The notes under the pieces were generated by a model, which was given only the letters and a program-made list of their open reading frames with translations, was not told the DNA's origin and made no database searches. Below are positions 39,453 through 48,999 of a stretch of DNA of 59,322 bases, in pieces. This DNA is from a virus (lineage: Duplodnaviria; Caudoviricetes): the IMG/VR virus record IMGVR_UViG_3300028197_000779, positions 1 through 59,322 of that record; one strand, written 5' to 3'. Both the position numbers and the translations under genes were made by a program. The first letter of the stretch is position 1; every line of letters starts with the position of its first letter.

Positions 39453-42400
39453 TTACTGACTGAGAAGTGGCGATGGAGAGGTATACACTGCGCTAGTGCC
39501 CCCTCCTGTATTTATCGTCTGTTTAACCTTTTGGATAACTAAACGCTCTGTAACAATGGGGAGAATGGTTGCTTGTTCATCACGCTGTGCTTTGTCTCTA
39601 ATTGTTTTCAATTTAGTGACAGCTTTCTCTTTAGAAGATGCCATCTGCGTAATCTTAGAAGTGGATACGGTTGATGTAGTAACAGGGTTTCCAGGGAGAT
39701 CTCCTGCGGATTTAGTGGGATTATCTTTAGACACGTTGGTGCTGATCTTTGTCAAGGCAGATGTTAAACCTGTCTTGAATGCCTCCAACATCTCTTCAAG
39801 AGTCTTAGGTTTTTCAGGTTTTATATTTTTAGCAGATTGTTTTGATTCTGATGACTGAGTTGAGGTATCACCACCACCTGAATTACTAGAGTTACTAGAG
39901 GAGGATGTACTACTTCCATCTGTTTCTTTAACAGTGGAGTCGCCACCCATATATCCGCGTGCCTTAGCACGCAAGATGTTACCACCCGATCCGTCTTCAC
40001 CACCCTTAGTCAAACGTAAGAGGTCCCATCGAGTGCCATCACCACCCCACATAGTAGGACCATAGTTATCATTACGAGGTAGTTGACCATCTTTACCAGC
40101 CGCTGCTTCAGCGTGAGTCATCACATTCTTGATATTGATATCTGAAGCATTCCAACCCCATGCTTTAGCAGCGTTAGCAATCTCTTTCGCTAGACCCTCA
40201 ATCTGGACATCCTTAACAGGGACAGTCCAATAATCTGGATCACCGCCCATGGCAGCAATACTCATGCCAATACCCTGACTATTTCTTAGATATGTGTGGG
40301 CAACACCAGATCTTTGATCGTATGGGTGTGCTTTGAAGATACTACCATCACCCTGCACAATAGAGTGATACTTATTCTTATATTTTGCACTATATCCACC
40401 ACCTGTCCAGTGTAGGAAGATCTTTCCACCCTTAGCGTATCCTCTAACAGCACTAAATCCATTTTCACCACCTGACATCCTATCCTCAGAGTAGGCACCC
40501 TGTTTAGGACGTTTTTTAATCTTGCCCCCCTTTGCCAACTGTTGAAAAGCATCATACATCATGTCGGGTTTGATGTGTGCTACATTGACGCCATCTCCAG
40601 CATAAAAACTAGCACCACCATCATCCTTTGGAATTGCAGCCCAAACTCTTGACAGTCTGAGCATTGCCTCCTTGGGATTCTCCTTCGCCATCTGCTTGGA
40701 GACCTGTGCCTGACCAGGACCAATTAAATATTCAGCAATCTTCTGCTGATTCTCTGCATTGTATAAATCTGTTTTGGGGTCTAGACCTACTGCTACTGCT
40801 CTCTGATTAAGATATTCTGGTAAGTTTTGCCATGCACCAACAGCACCTGTTGCTTGACGAGCAACCTGACCAATAGGCATTTTAGATGCACCTGGCAACG
40901 TAGTGCCTGGATACATTGCATCATATCCACCAGAACCAGATTCATACTTTAGGATTAGATTAAGTACTGGGGACCATCCACCTTCAACCTCTTGTGATGT
41001 AGATGTAGATGTGGACCTAGCAGAAGAAGGTGCAGGTCCTGAAGATGGGGTTTGCCCTGCTCCTCTCTGTTGCTCAACCTTTGTAGCATATTGTGGGTCA
41101 AATATCTTGATACCATTGATGAGTAGTTTGTTTAACCCCTCACTAATTGCTATGAAAGTATTCTCTTTATAGGAAAGATTCTTTATATTCTCAACTTTTT
41201 TCTTTTCACTCTGAGGTGCTTGGAATTGCACACTATTACTCACACCACCAGCAGTGCCACCACCGCCAGTACTGACCTGCACACCTAGTCCACCAGCAAT
41301 CTTTTGAATGTCAGGTGCTAAGGAAGATTTTACTTTATTACCAACAAATCCAAATGCACCAAATGATCCAACTATGGCTTTAAGGTAGAGACCACCCACC
41401 ATGCCCAGCATGTCAGGGTGACTACCAAACTGCATGGCACCACCCGCTGCCATCTCTACAGGACCGCCTGCTGCCTTCTTATTCTCTTTGTCGAAGTCAA
41501 ACAGGTTGAATGTCAACGCATCAGCAATACCACCTGCCACAGAAGCAGGATTTATCAGACGCTTGGCATTATTGACGACAAACTGCACAGTGCTACCAAT
41601 AGCATCCATCAGTCCACCGAAGATAAACCCAGCGAAGTCACCAAGGATCTTGGCAGCATCCATTAGGACTTTGCCAAGTTGACCTATCATATTAAATATC
41701 AATCCAAGCGGCTCAGCGAGCTGCTGGAATAGAGGTCCGATGGTCATCTTGACCACCTCAAACATCATCTTAAATGCTTTACCAATAGGTCCGAAGATAG
41801 GCTCCATGATCGGACCTAACTCTTTACCTACCCACTCACCTAAGAAACTACCGATCGCATTACCAACGATAGGTGCAAAGGGTCCCAGGAATGGTCCTAA
41901 GAGTGCTGTGCCAGCAATACCGCCAACCAAACCACCTATACCCTGACCGACACCAGCACCAACAGCAGAGGATGCTTTCTCACCGCTTGCAAGACCTGCT
42001 GCGATCCTTCCAGCGCCTCCTACGACGCTCATACCGACGTTTAACTTACCGCCAAGCTTACCAAATGCTTTGTTAGCACCAGCACCAAATCTTTTGCGTG
42101 CTGCACTTGCTTTACCTTTATACTTAGAGAAACGACCTTCTTTACCAAATCTGCCCTCAAATGCTTTTTGAGCACCAGGATTCTTTCTGCCTGCCTTTGC
42201 GGCAGACTTCTTCATCTTCTCGTATTCTTCTTTGGAGTAGATAACTCCAGTCTTCTTGTCTCTATATCCGCTCTTTCTTACTTTCTGGTTAGCATCTTGC
42301 TCAGCAGACTGTCTACCAGACGACTCAAAGATCATCCTCAGACGATTAACATCCTTGAGGAGTTTCCATGGCATGATCATATACTGTGCTGTCCTAAGCA

Positions 42401-43061
42401 CAGCAAGTCCACCCATCAGTTGCACAACTCCAAGTATACCTCGGAATCCACGTTTGATAGAACCTTCATCAGTATAATTACCAAAAACGTTAGTCAGACC
42501 ATCCATGATCATCCCAACGCCCATCTTGGCAACTTTGAAAGCAAACTTGCCTATGGTGAATAATACCTTGAATACCTTTACCGCACCCTCAGCATTTTTA
42601 GGGTTACTTAACCAATTTAATGCTCCAAATAAAATAAAATATTTGAAGACACGGAAAATACCACTCAAGAATCGACCGAGCATACCCATTTTGGGTGCTT
42701 CTTTCTTGATTGCCTTACGACCTTCTTCTTTACCTTCCTCTACGCCCTTTTCTGCTTCATTCTCTAAGCGTGCTCGTTTCTTCTTTTGGAAAGTTTTTTT
42801 GAAATCCCTCATGGATCCAGTCCACTTGGTCTTATCTTTCTTATCTTTCTTTTTAATATCCGAGACTTCTTCCTTAGAAGTGTCTGAAAGATACTCTTTT
42901 TCAAACTTTAGAAGCTCAGTCGTATCATAAAAACTCTTGGCAATACCATCGGTCACGCTCCCCAGGCGATTGATGCTTTTACGCACCTGATCCATGTTTT
43001 GAGCGATACCTGACTTACCAGTTATCGGTTGAATTTTTATGAAACTACGGATTGCTGCCAT
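39453..43061 (-). CDS. Tape-measure-like protein with lysozyme-like and amidase domains, paralog A
   Basis: 1202 aa; ILKYES..GYDA..AVGAWQ (lysozyme-like); FLHWT...AHTYLRNS.GIG...THAE (Amidase_2-like). Confidence 0.7.
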   Translation of the reverse strand: MAAIRSFIKIQPITGKSGIAQNMDQVRKSINRLGSVTDGIAKSFYDTTELLKFEKEYLSDTSKEEVSDIKKKDKKDKTKWTGSMRDFKKTFQKKKRARLENEAEKGVEEGKEEGRKAIKKEAPKMGMLGRFLSGIFRVFKYFILFGALNWLSNPKNAEGAVKVFKVLFTIGKFAFKVAKMGVGMIMDGLTNVFGNYTDEGSIKRGFRGILGVVQLMGGLAVLRTAQYMIMPWKLLKDVNRLRMIFESSGRQSAEQDANQKVRKSGYRDKKTGVIYSKEEYEKMKKSAAKAGRKNPGAQKAFEGRFGKEGRFSKYKGKASAARKRFGAGANKAFGKLGGKLNVGMSVVGGAGRIAAGLASGEKASSAVGAGVGQGIGGLVGGIAGTALLGPFLGPFAPIVGNAIGSFLGEWVGKELGPIMEPIFGPIGKAFKMMFEVVKMTIGPLFQQLAEPLGLIFNMIGQLGKVLMDAAKILGDFAGFIFGGLMDAIGSTVQFVVNNAKRLINPASVAGGIADALTFNLFDFDKENKKAAGGPVEMAAGGAMQFGSHPDMLGMVGGLYLKAIVGSFGAFGFVGNKVKSSLAPDIQKIAGGLGVQVSTGGGGTAGGVSNSVQFQAPQSEKKKVENIKNLSYKENTFIAISEGLNKLLINGIKIFDPQYATKVEQQRGAGQTPSSGPAPSSARSTSTSTSQEVEGGWSPVLNLILKYESGSGGYDAMYPGTTLPGASKMPIGQVARQATGAVGAWQNLPEYLNQRAVAVGLDPKTDLYNAENQQKIAEYLIGPGQAQVSKQMAKENPKEAMLRLSRVWAAIPKDDGGASFYAGDGVNVAHIKPDMMYDAFQQLAKGGKIKKRPKQGAYSEDRMSGGENGFSAVRGYAKGGKIFLHWTGGGYSAKYKNKYHSIVQGDGSIFKAHPYDQRSGVAHTYLRNSQGIGMSIAAMGGDPDYWTVPVKDVQIEGLAKEIANAAKAWGWNASDINIKNVMTHAEAAAGKDGQLPRNDNYGPTMWGGDGTRWDLLRLTKGGEDGSGGNILRAKARGYMGGDSTVKETDGSSTSSSSNSSNSGGGDTSTQSSESKQSAKNIKPEKPKTLEEMLEAFKTGLTSALTKISTNVSKDNPTKSAGDLPGNPVTTSTVSTSKITQMASSKEKAVTKLKTIRDKAQRDEQATILPIVTERLVIQKVKQTINTGGGTSAVYTSPSPLLSQ

Positions 43062-43201
43062 TAGAGGGACATGCGTGACTGATCTTGGTTTTGCCGTCTT
43101 TCTTCCTCGGCAATATGTGCGAGGAGAAGATTCACATATACATCACGTTCCCACGGTATCATATTCTCTAACTCGGTCAGTGAATATTTGTGGTGCTGCA
43201 T
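43061..43201 (-). CDS. gp51: gp51-like baseplate assembly protein (frame stays open upstream through the gp26 slippery site)
   Basis: MQHHKYSLTELENMIPWERDVYV; absent from ORF track. Confidence 0.8.
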   Translation of the reverse strand: MQHHKYSLTELENMIPWERDVYVNLLLAHIAEEERRQNQDQSRMSL

Positions 43202-43251
43202 CAAAGCAAAGTTTGTTTTATAGTAATTTTCAAGACTATCGTGCAGTAGGG

Positions 43252-43956
43252 CTATGCGAAAAAACTCGCGAGTCCTTCAAGCACAACATCAGATACGACT
43301 TTGGTGTTAGGATTAACAACTTCAAGTGTGTATGATAGTTTAGGCATAGTCTCAAAGAATTTCTGGATTTTCCCAAACTGCTCAGAATTCAAGTCTTCCA
43401 AGAATTCAAGTGCTTCTTTCTTAGTGAAGTTGTCATAGACTTCTTCCTTATCGTAAACACTTTCAATACACCCTGCTGCCAACTCGAAAACGTCTTCGAT
43501 ATTGGGATTATCCGACATATTTTGACTGATGAATACATCAATCGACGGATACTTCATAACAATACCTACATTATCGTCAAGAAGCATTTTCTTCTCATGA
43601 TCTGCAGGAATAACTACCTCAACGTCATTTAGAGGTATCATTACTTCGACCTGGGTCTCTTCATCATCAGGGCAGGTGATTTTGAATTCACTTGCTTCAC
43701 CAACAGCAGTAGCACGAATGCGAAGGAAGATGTATTCAATCTCGAATGTTGCGAGATCTTCAACCTTACCTTTTAGGTTGGTGCAATTTCTGATGATAGT
43801 CTTAACTGCTTTAATCATCTGCTTGTCGTCTTGCGACTCCATAGCGAGATATAGCAGTTTTTCCTCTTTAACAAGGAAAGGTCTATATGTGACTTTAGTG
43901 CCTGTGATAGGCAACGTCAAATCATACTCGGGGATAGCGAGCTTAGGTAAAGGCAT
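43252..43956 (-). CDS. gp26: Baseplate hub assembly protein (gp26-like)
   Basis: MPLPK..PEY..YRPFLVKEEK; FFETMP; LEGLASFF. Confidence 0.85.
   Translation of the reverse strand: MPLPKLAIPEYDLTLPITGTKVTYRPFLVKEEKLLYLAMESQDDKQMIKAVKTIIRNCTNLKGKVEDLATFEIEYIFLRIRATAVGEASEFKITCPDDEETQVEVMIPLNDVEVVIPADHEKKMLLDDNVGIVMKYPSIDVFISQNMSDNPNIEDVFELAAGCIESVYDKEEVYDNFTKKEALEFLEDLNSEQFGKIQKFFETMPKLSYTLEVVNPNTKVVSDVVLEGLASFFA
43258..43264 (-). other. Candidate -1 ribosomal frameshift heptamer T TTT TTC
   Basis: In-frame X XXY YYZ site one sense codon before the gp26 stop; -1 frame reads into gp51. Confidence 0.6.
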
Positions 43957-43981
43957 AATGCTCCATAACTATTAAATTTAT

Positions 43982-44734
43982 TTAGGTGCCAAAGAAAGAT
44001 GAATCTATCTGATCGGTAGAGAATCCTAAACGAGAAAATACCTCATCAAAGTTGCGAATGACCTTATCATTGGCATCAGGTTTGAATGACAGCACATCTT
44101 CTGCAACTGTATCAAATCTAAATCTCTCATATTTGAAGTCAACATCTATCTTTAATAGATCTGCTGGTCCGTTGTTGAGAGACATTGCTGAAATGTCAAA
44201 AGGATATGCGCCATACATCTGCCATACTGCAGTAGATCTATTCATCCGCTGCTCAAATTGGACTGGTTGTCCAGTACCACTATTTGCCATACCTTTGTAT
44301 ATAACATTACCACCATTCTCCCATTTTAGGATCTGAATCTGTGATGTATACTCATCGTAGAATGTAACTCTGTTTTCAGCATCACTGGCAGTCATATTCA
44401 TCCAATTCTCAAAGAATTGTCGATGATACATATCTTTCGTCATAATGAAAGACATTCGGACTTCTTGCTTCTGCTGACCATATGCATAATCATATGGCAT
44501 ACCAATATTCTTGACTGATTGCGTCTTAATCCTTCTGGCAGGAATTGTTACACTATCAGCGAAGTAATTGATAGATTCGTAATGCTCTCGATACTGAGGT
44601 GCCGTACCAGTAGCATACATCATCGCAGGAAGAGTGATCTCTACCGAAAATAGATTGGATTTTGCAATATCCTTCTCACCACTTGCTACTAGATCAGCAA
44701 ATCGGAGAAAACTATTGGGATTTCTGTAACTCAT
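43982..44734 (-). CDS. Tail tube-like/baseplate tube initiator (gp54/gp19-like)
   Basis: NLFSVEI; SVTIP; FFENW; LKIDVDFKY; lies between gp2 and gp26. Confidence 0.7.
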   Translation of the reverse strand: MSYRNPNSFLRFADLVASGEKDIAKSNLFSVEITLPAMMYATGTAPQYREHYESINYFADSVTIPARRIKTQSVKNIGMPYDYAYGQQKQEVRMSFIMTKDMYHRQFFENWMNMTASDAENRVTFYDEYTSQIQILKWENGGNVIYKGMANSGTGQPVQFEQRMNRSTAVWQMYGAYPFDISAMSLNNGPADLLKIDVDFKYERFRFDTVAEDVLSFKPDANDKVIRNFDEVFSRLGFSTDQIDSSFFGT

Positions 44735-45204
44735 TAAACTCGACTCCAGATGTGACTGCTAGGGACCTCGATCCAGCGACCTGCTGCATTAAATAAGAAT
44801 TGCTCTATGGGCAATGGAGTCATATCCTGCAGATCAATCGGTTTAACAGTGTAAATGTTGGTAGCATTTGACATAAAGTATTTATGATAGCAACGGGAAG
44901 GAAATGCGGGACTACCCATAGACCACTGTGCAGCGATTGTCTTCCTTGCTGTTGGTTGTAGATAATGTAAGTTACCACCTGAAAATTGCATATTACGTGA
45001 GTCCTTATCAGATATCTTAACCATTGGAAATCTATCATAAAACTGCAGTTTTTCAGTTGCTGCAGAATATGCAAAGAAAATGACATCACCAACATCAAAG
45101 GTGCCTTCATATGGCTCTAGACCATACTGCAGTTGACCGCGATACCACTCTTTTGATTGTGTCTTACCTTCGGCAAGATCTTTGACATCAGTGAAGATGC
45201 TCAT
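44734..45204 (-). CDS. gp2: DNA end protector (gp2-like)
   Basis: FYDRFP; GNLHYL; HKY; LPIEQF. Confidence 0.8.
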   Translation of the reverse strand: MSIFTDVKDLAEGKTQSKEWYRGQLQYGLEPYEGTFDVGDVIFFAYSAATEKLQFYDRFPMVKISDKDSRNMQFSGGNLHYLQPTARKTIAAQWSMGSPAFPSRCYHKYFMSNATNIYTVKPIDLQDMTPLPIEQFLFNAAGRWIEVPSSHIWSRV

Positions 45205-45635
45205 ACGTTTAACTCTTTTTCAGTAAGTACTAAGAATTCCATACGACGATCCTTACAGTATTCTCTTGCTGCCTTCCATTTTGCTTGGTTGACACCGTAA
45301 GTTTTCACTTCAGTTATATATCTTCTAGTTTGCCTTTTAGGGCGTTTCGGTGGCGAGCACTGTATCTTCGGTTTAACTTCAATAATGAATTTCTGAGTCC
45401 CTCCATTTCTAGTTCTTGCTCTGACGTAGAAGTCAGGAAAATAGCGATGAATCCGACCGTCAACAGGACTGATGTATGGAATAACGATCTCTTCACTACC
45501 CCACTCCAATACGTTTACATTTTTGTCGCACCAGACCATAAACTTTCTTTCCCACAAACTCCTATAAATAATATTCGTGGGATCACCCTTGTACTTATGT
45601 TTATTTGATGGTCTATACTTGCCAGAATAACTCAT
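45201..45635 (-). CDS. gp4: Head completion nuclease (gp4)
   Basis: MSYSGKYRPSN..KYKGD..IIYRSLWE; YFPDF; EVKP. Confidence 0.9.
   Translation of the reverse strand: MSYSGKYRPSNKHKYKGDPTNIIYRSLWERKFMVWCDKNVNVLEWGSEEIVIPYISPVDGRIHRYFPDFYVRARTRNGGTQKFIIEVKPKIQCSPPKRPKRQTRRYITEVKTYGVNQAKWKAAREYCKDRRMEFLVLTEKELNV
45563..45570 (+). promoter_or_regulatory. T4 late promoter for gp48-gp53 (inside gp4)
   Basis: TATAAATA on +. Confidence 0.7.
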
Positions 45636-46566
45636 GTCAAAAAATCTAATATTTCCAAGGGTCAAACCGTTAGGGACAAGTGGCAGCACTAGAGCGTCTA
45701 TTAGAGACAAAGCTGCATTCCCAACGGAGGTCGTGGACTACCTCAAGTTAAATATTTATAAGCACCAAAAGAGTGGCACATATAAGAGCAAAAGCAGTGC
45801 TGAGGTAGGAAGTGGCGGGATTGAAAAGAGTCTCTACCTATATCTTCCTCCTGGAATGAATGAGAGGTATTCTGCTAAGTATGAAGGCAAAAACCTTGGT
45901 GCTGTTGGTAAGGCAGCTTTGAATGCTGCTACAAATGTAATGGACTCTGGTGGATCACTTGATAACATCGGTGACGATGTTTCTGCCGCTGCTGCAGCAG
46001 CAAAACCTGCTCTCGGATTCAAACTAGGATCCCAGGCAATTAACGCATTGGTTGGTGAAGTATCACCCTATGGATTCAATCTTGATAGTAACGATCTTTC
46101 CCAAATAACAACAGGTAAGGTATTCAACCCTTATGAAGAAATGCTCTTCAAAGGTGTTGGATTTATGTCTCATAGTTTCAGATTTACCTTTGTACCTAAG
46201 AGCGCATCTGATGTGCAGACGATCTATGAAATTATCAGTTGTCTTAGGCAATCATTACACCCATCGAAGAAAGATGACTGGTTGCTCATCCCTGACAAAT
46301 TTTCAGCTGAAATTGTTAGGTATGTATCAAAAGATGATAAAGAAGAATTGAAAGGGGGCAGTAAAAAAAATGGATATATGAATACACTCCTGCGATTCCC
46401 TCACAAAATGGTGTTGCAAGACATGAATCTTGACTTTGGTGATTCAACTGCAATTCGCACCCAAATTCCTGGCATGGATACAGAGGATTTCGGTTTTGCT
46501 GTCTATAACATGTCACTTTCTTTCCAAGAAACCAAATACCGCACACGCGAGGACTTTGAAGACTAA
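45634..46566 (+). CDS. gp48: Baseplate tail-tube cap (gp48-like)
   Basis: LYLP...YSAKY; FNPYEEMLFKG..FRFTFVPKS; LSFQE. Confidence 0.8.
   Translation: MSKNLIFPRVKPLGTSGSTRASIRDKAAFPTEVVDYLKLNIYKHQKSGTYKSKSSAEVGSGGIEKSLYLYLPPGMNERYSAKYEGKNLGAVGKAALNAATNVMDSGGSLDNIGDDVSAAAAAAKPALGFKLGSQAINALVGEVSPYGFNLDSNDLSQITTGKVFNPYEEMLFKGVGFMSHSFRFTFVPKSASDVQTIYEIISCLRQSLHPSKKDDWLLIPDKFSAEIVRYVSKDDKEELKGGSKKNGYMNTLLRFPHKMVLQDMNLDFGDSTAIRTQIPGMDTEDFGFAVYNMSLSFQETKYRTREDFED
45753..45760 (-). promoter_or_regulatory. T4 late promoter for the gp4 operon (inside gp48)
   Basis: TATAAATA on -. Confidence 0.65.
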
Positions 46567-47519
46567 TGGCAAATTATTTCTCATACATACCAGATGTATT
46601 TGTAAGGACATCCAGCTATCGCTCAGGTAGCAATGATCCTTACGTCATGGCAAAGAATCTATTTCGTCGCGTCAAGATCAGAGATGATCTAAGCGATGTA
46701 ATTCTTGGATTTGAAAAATACATGATCCAACATAATGAAAGACCTGAGCAAATTGCGGACAGGGTATATGGTGATGTTAGTTATGATTGGATTGTACTCC
46801 TAACTAATAACATTATCAATTTATATGATGAATGGCCTATGTCTGAGCAGGAGATGTATAACTACATGGTCCGTAAGTATGGAAAGAATCATGTGGAGAG
46901 CATTCACCACTGGGTAACACAAGAGATTAGAAGCACACGAGGTGATGTAGTCTTAAGAGCTGGATTTGAAGTGGCTCAAGACTTTGAATACTCAAGACCT
47001 GACGGCACATCTATCCCTAGAGAAGAGTTAGTTAGACCTATCTCTAACTATGATCATGAAACACAATTAAATGATTATAAGAGAGGTATACATATCCTTA
47101 AACCTCAATATGTCAGTTCATTTATTGAAGAATTTGAAGATCTGGTCACATACCTGCCTTCTAATGAAGTTGATCCTATTACAGGTATTAAAAAGACTGT
47201 AAATATTATTGCAGAGGCATTTACCAATGTCAAACCGACATATCAGACTTTGGTGGGTCAAGTGCCTTCGATCCAATTTGCATCTGCAGCAGAATACACC
47301 TCCAGAAACTTTGGATCTTCCGATCCTACTATCTCTGAAGGTGATATACTTGCTGATGGTAGCACCGTTGCAGTTACTGTTTCTACAGGCACTACCAGTG
47401 CAACTATTGAGCAGGCAGGACAGATGGATACAACTGAAACTAATCAATATGGATCTGCTGGATCATCTAGTAGTCAACAGTCTTCAGGATCGTCCTACAG
47501 CGGTGGTGGTGGATATTAA
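46566..47519 (+). CDS. gp53: Baseplate wedge protein (gp53)
   Basis: KNLFRR; ERPEQIA..YG...DWIVLL.NNI....EWP. Confidence 0.85.
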   Translation: MANYFSYIPDVFVRTSSYRSGSNDPYVMAKNLFRRVKIRDDLSDVILGFEKYMIQHNERPEQIADRVYGDVSYDWIVLLTNNIINLYDEWPMSEQEMYNYMVRKYGKNHVESIHHWVTQEIRSTRGDVVLRAGFEVAQDFEYSRPDGTSIPREELVRPISNYDHETQLNDYKRGIHILKPQYVSSFIEEFEDLVTYLPSNEVDPITGIKKTVNIIAEAFTNVKPTYQTLVGQVPSIQFASAAEYTSRNFGSSDPTISEGDILADGSTVAVTVSTGTTSATIEQAGQMDTTETNQYGSAGSSSSQQSSGSSYSGGGGY

Positions 47520-47758
47520 ATAAGTCCTTTCTCTTTTGCTACATGTAGCAAATCTTTTAAATTACCCACATGTTGCGCTCCAAGTGCAATTTGTGGGTAT
47601 TCTGCTTTTGGACCAAATTCGTTTTCAAACGATTTTTGCGTAAAATGCTGGTTTAGACGATATTCGAGATATTCACCATCTAGTGATAGTAGCAGTTGTG
47701 CTGCCCTTTCACATTCTTGACTTCCATTTGAATAGATTACAGCGGTCTGAGGGATCAT
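47516..47758 (-). CDS. Glutaredoxin-like protein
   Basis: IYS..SQEC; FG...YPQI...HVG. Confidence 0.7.
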   Translation of the reverse strand: MIPQTAVIYSNGSQECERAAQLLLSLDGEYLEYRLNQHFTQKSFENEFGPKAEYPQIALGAQHVGNLKDLLHVAKEKGLI

Positions 47759-47949
47759 GATTGTTTCTCCTTACGATCGTAGGTAATTACAATTTTTTGA
47801 TGTTGAGTCTTTTTATCGGTGCAAATATAATGAGTTGCTTCACCACCCAATATTCTGCATATGTTATCTAGTTGATAATCAACTATGAATTTTTTAAAAC
47901 CTTCATCCATCCAACTTTTATTGGATCCTGGTGTGTTAAAGTCCTTCAT
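47755..47949 (-). CDS. Hypothetical protein
   Basis: 64 aa; ATGA overlaps. Confidence 0.7.
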   Translation of the reverse strand: MKDFNTPGSNKSWMDEGFKKFIVDYQLDNICRILGGEATHYICTDKKTQHQKIVITYDRKEKQS

Positions 47950-48179
47950 AAATCAAGCTCAAGTTGTAGTTTGCGTTCTTCCTCTATCCTATTGTGCTCT
48001 GCTATCATATCAGCAACCATATCAACATTATGTCTTACTGGTTGAGGGATAGGAGTAGCATTTTGCCACTTATCAATCACTTCTTGTGTAGGGACAGCAA
48101 TTCGGAATGGAGTATCATCTCTGATAAACTCTTCATTCATATCAATGTATGTTTGGGGAGTGATCTTAATCTTTTTCAT
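47946..48179 (-). CDS. Hypothetical protein
   Basis: Start at MKKIKI (ATGA overlap). Confidence 0.7.
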   Translation of the reverse strand: MKKIKITPQTYIDMNEEFIRDDTPFRIAVPTQEVIDKWQNATPIPQPVRHNVDMVADMIAEHNRIEEERKLQLELDL

Positions 48180-48313
48180 TTTTTCGACCAACAAGGTTTA
48201 CATAACGAATTCTTGTATCTTTTCTCGGACGGGACATAGCATCCAACCTGAGGGCATTGATTCGCTGGAAACATTTTACCACAATCAACGCATTTTGTCT
48301 CCCACATTTTCAT
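48176..48313 (-). CDS. Small Cys-rich (zinc-finger-like) protein, 45 aa, absent from ORF track
   Basis: CVDC...CPQVGC...CKPC. Confidence 0.7.
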   Translation of the reverse strand: MKMWETKCVDCGKMFPANQCPQVGCYVPSEKRYKNSLCKPCWSKK

Positions 48314-48583
48314 CTAATAAATTTCTCCTTTAGCAATTTGCTCACGACGTTTTAGTTTCCATACTATGTAATCCATCGTGGGGATACACATAGGATTCCA
48401 ACCAACAAAGGTTGTTGACTCTCCACTAGGTATCTTCCAACACTCAGCATCATCATTGTCAAGGTCTAGTGATTCACGATATGCATCATCACCATACATA
48501 ACAACTGCTCTCTCTGCTTCATTCAAACTCTTAAAGCAATCAAAAGAATTCTTTCTAATGATGTCAGGGACATGATGCTTCAT
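48314..48583 (-). CDS. Hypothetical protein, copy A of duplicated gene
   Basis: 89 aa; nearly identical to 50429-50698. Confidence 0.8.
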   Translation of the reverse strand: MKHHVPDIIRKNSFDCFKSLNEAERAVVMYGDDAYRESLDLDNDDAECWKIPSGESTTFVGWNPMCIPTMDYIVWKLKRREQIAKGEIY

Positions 48584-48879
48584 AATGTCCTCTCAAGTCT
48601 ATTTTCTGCTTGATCTGGGAAGTCTCTGGGACGACTATCAGTAGCATTATCAGTTTTAGGTGAACCTTCATTCGCCTTCATGGTATGCTGATAGTTTGCT
48701 CTCGGATATCTGATACGAAATGGATCAGGCATCCAATAGGTAACTTGCCATTCTTGCTCAGGACACAACTCAAGATGCTTCTCTACAGTATGGGAGAAAC
48801 TGCCGAGTTGGATGTAACCATCGTGACTGACACATCTGCCATTGCCAGTGTCAACCAAAAACATCATTTTGCTACTCAT
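48580..48879 (-). CDS. Hypothetical protein
   Basis: Start at MSSKMMFL; ATGA overlap downstream. Confidence 0.7.
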   Translation of the reverse strand: MSSKMMFLVDTGNGRCVSHDGYIQLGSFSHTVEKHLELCPEQEWQVTYWMPDPFRIRYPRANYQHTMKANEGSPKTDNATDSRPRDFPDQAENRLERTL

Positions 48880-48999
48880 AGCACTTCTTGCTCTGGGTTG
48901 AGGTTTTTCACGAATTGCACAGGATCCTTTTCTGACTTGTGTACCCAATGATAGCGCATACACTCAAAAATAGGATCCCATGTAGGGACACAGACATAA

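Noticed and set aside
40991-41012. Short GATGTA tandem repeat
   Set aside because: It encodes an ST linker; ordinary low complexity.
45636-45710. gp4 N-terminal extension
   Set aside because: gp4-like sequence begins at MSYSGKY; the extension lies inside gp48.
48876-48920. 14-codon ORF (MQFVKNLNPEQEVL) with an RBS-like AAGGA
   Set aside because: Too short to support; possibly a gene remnant.
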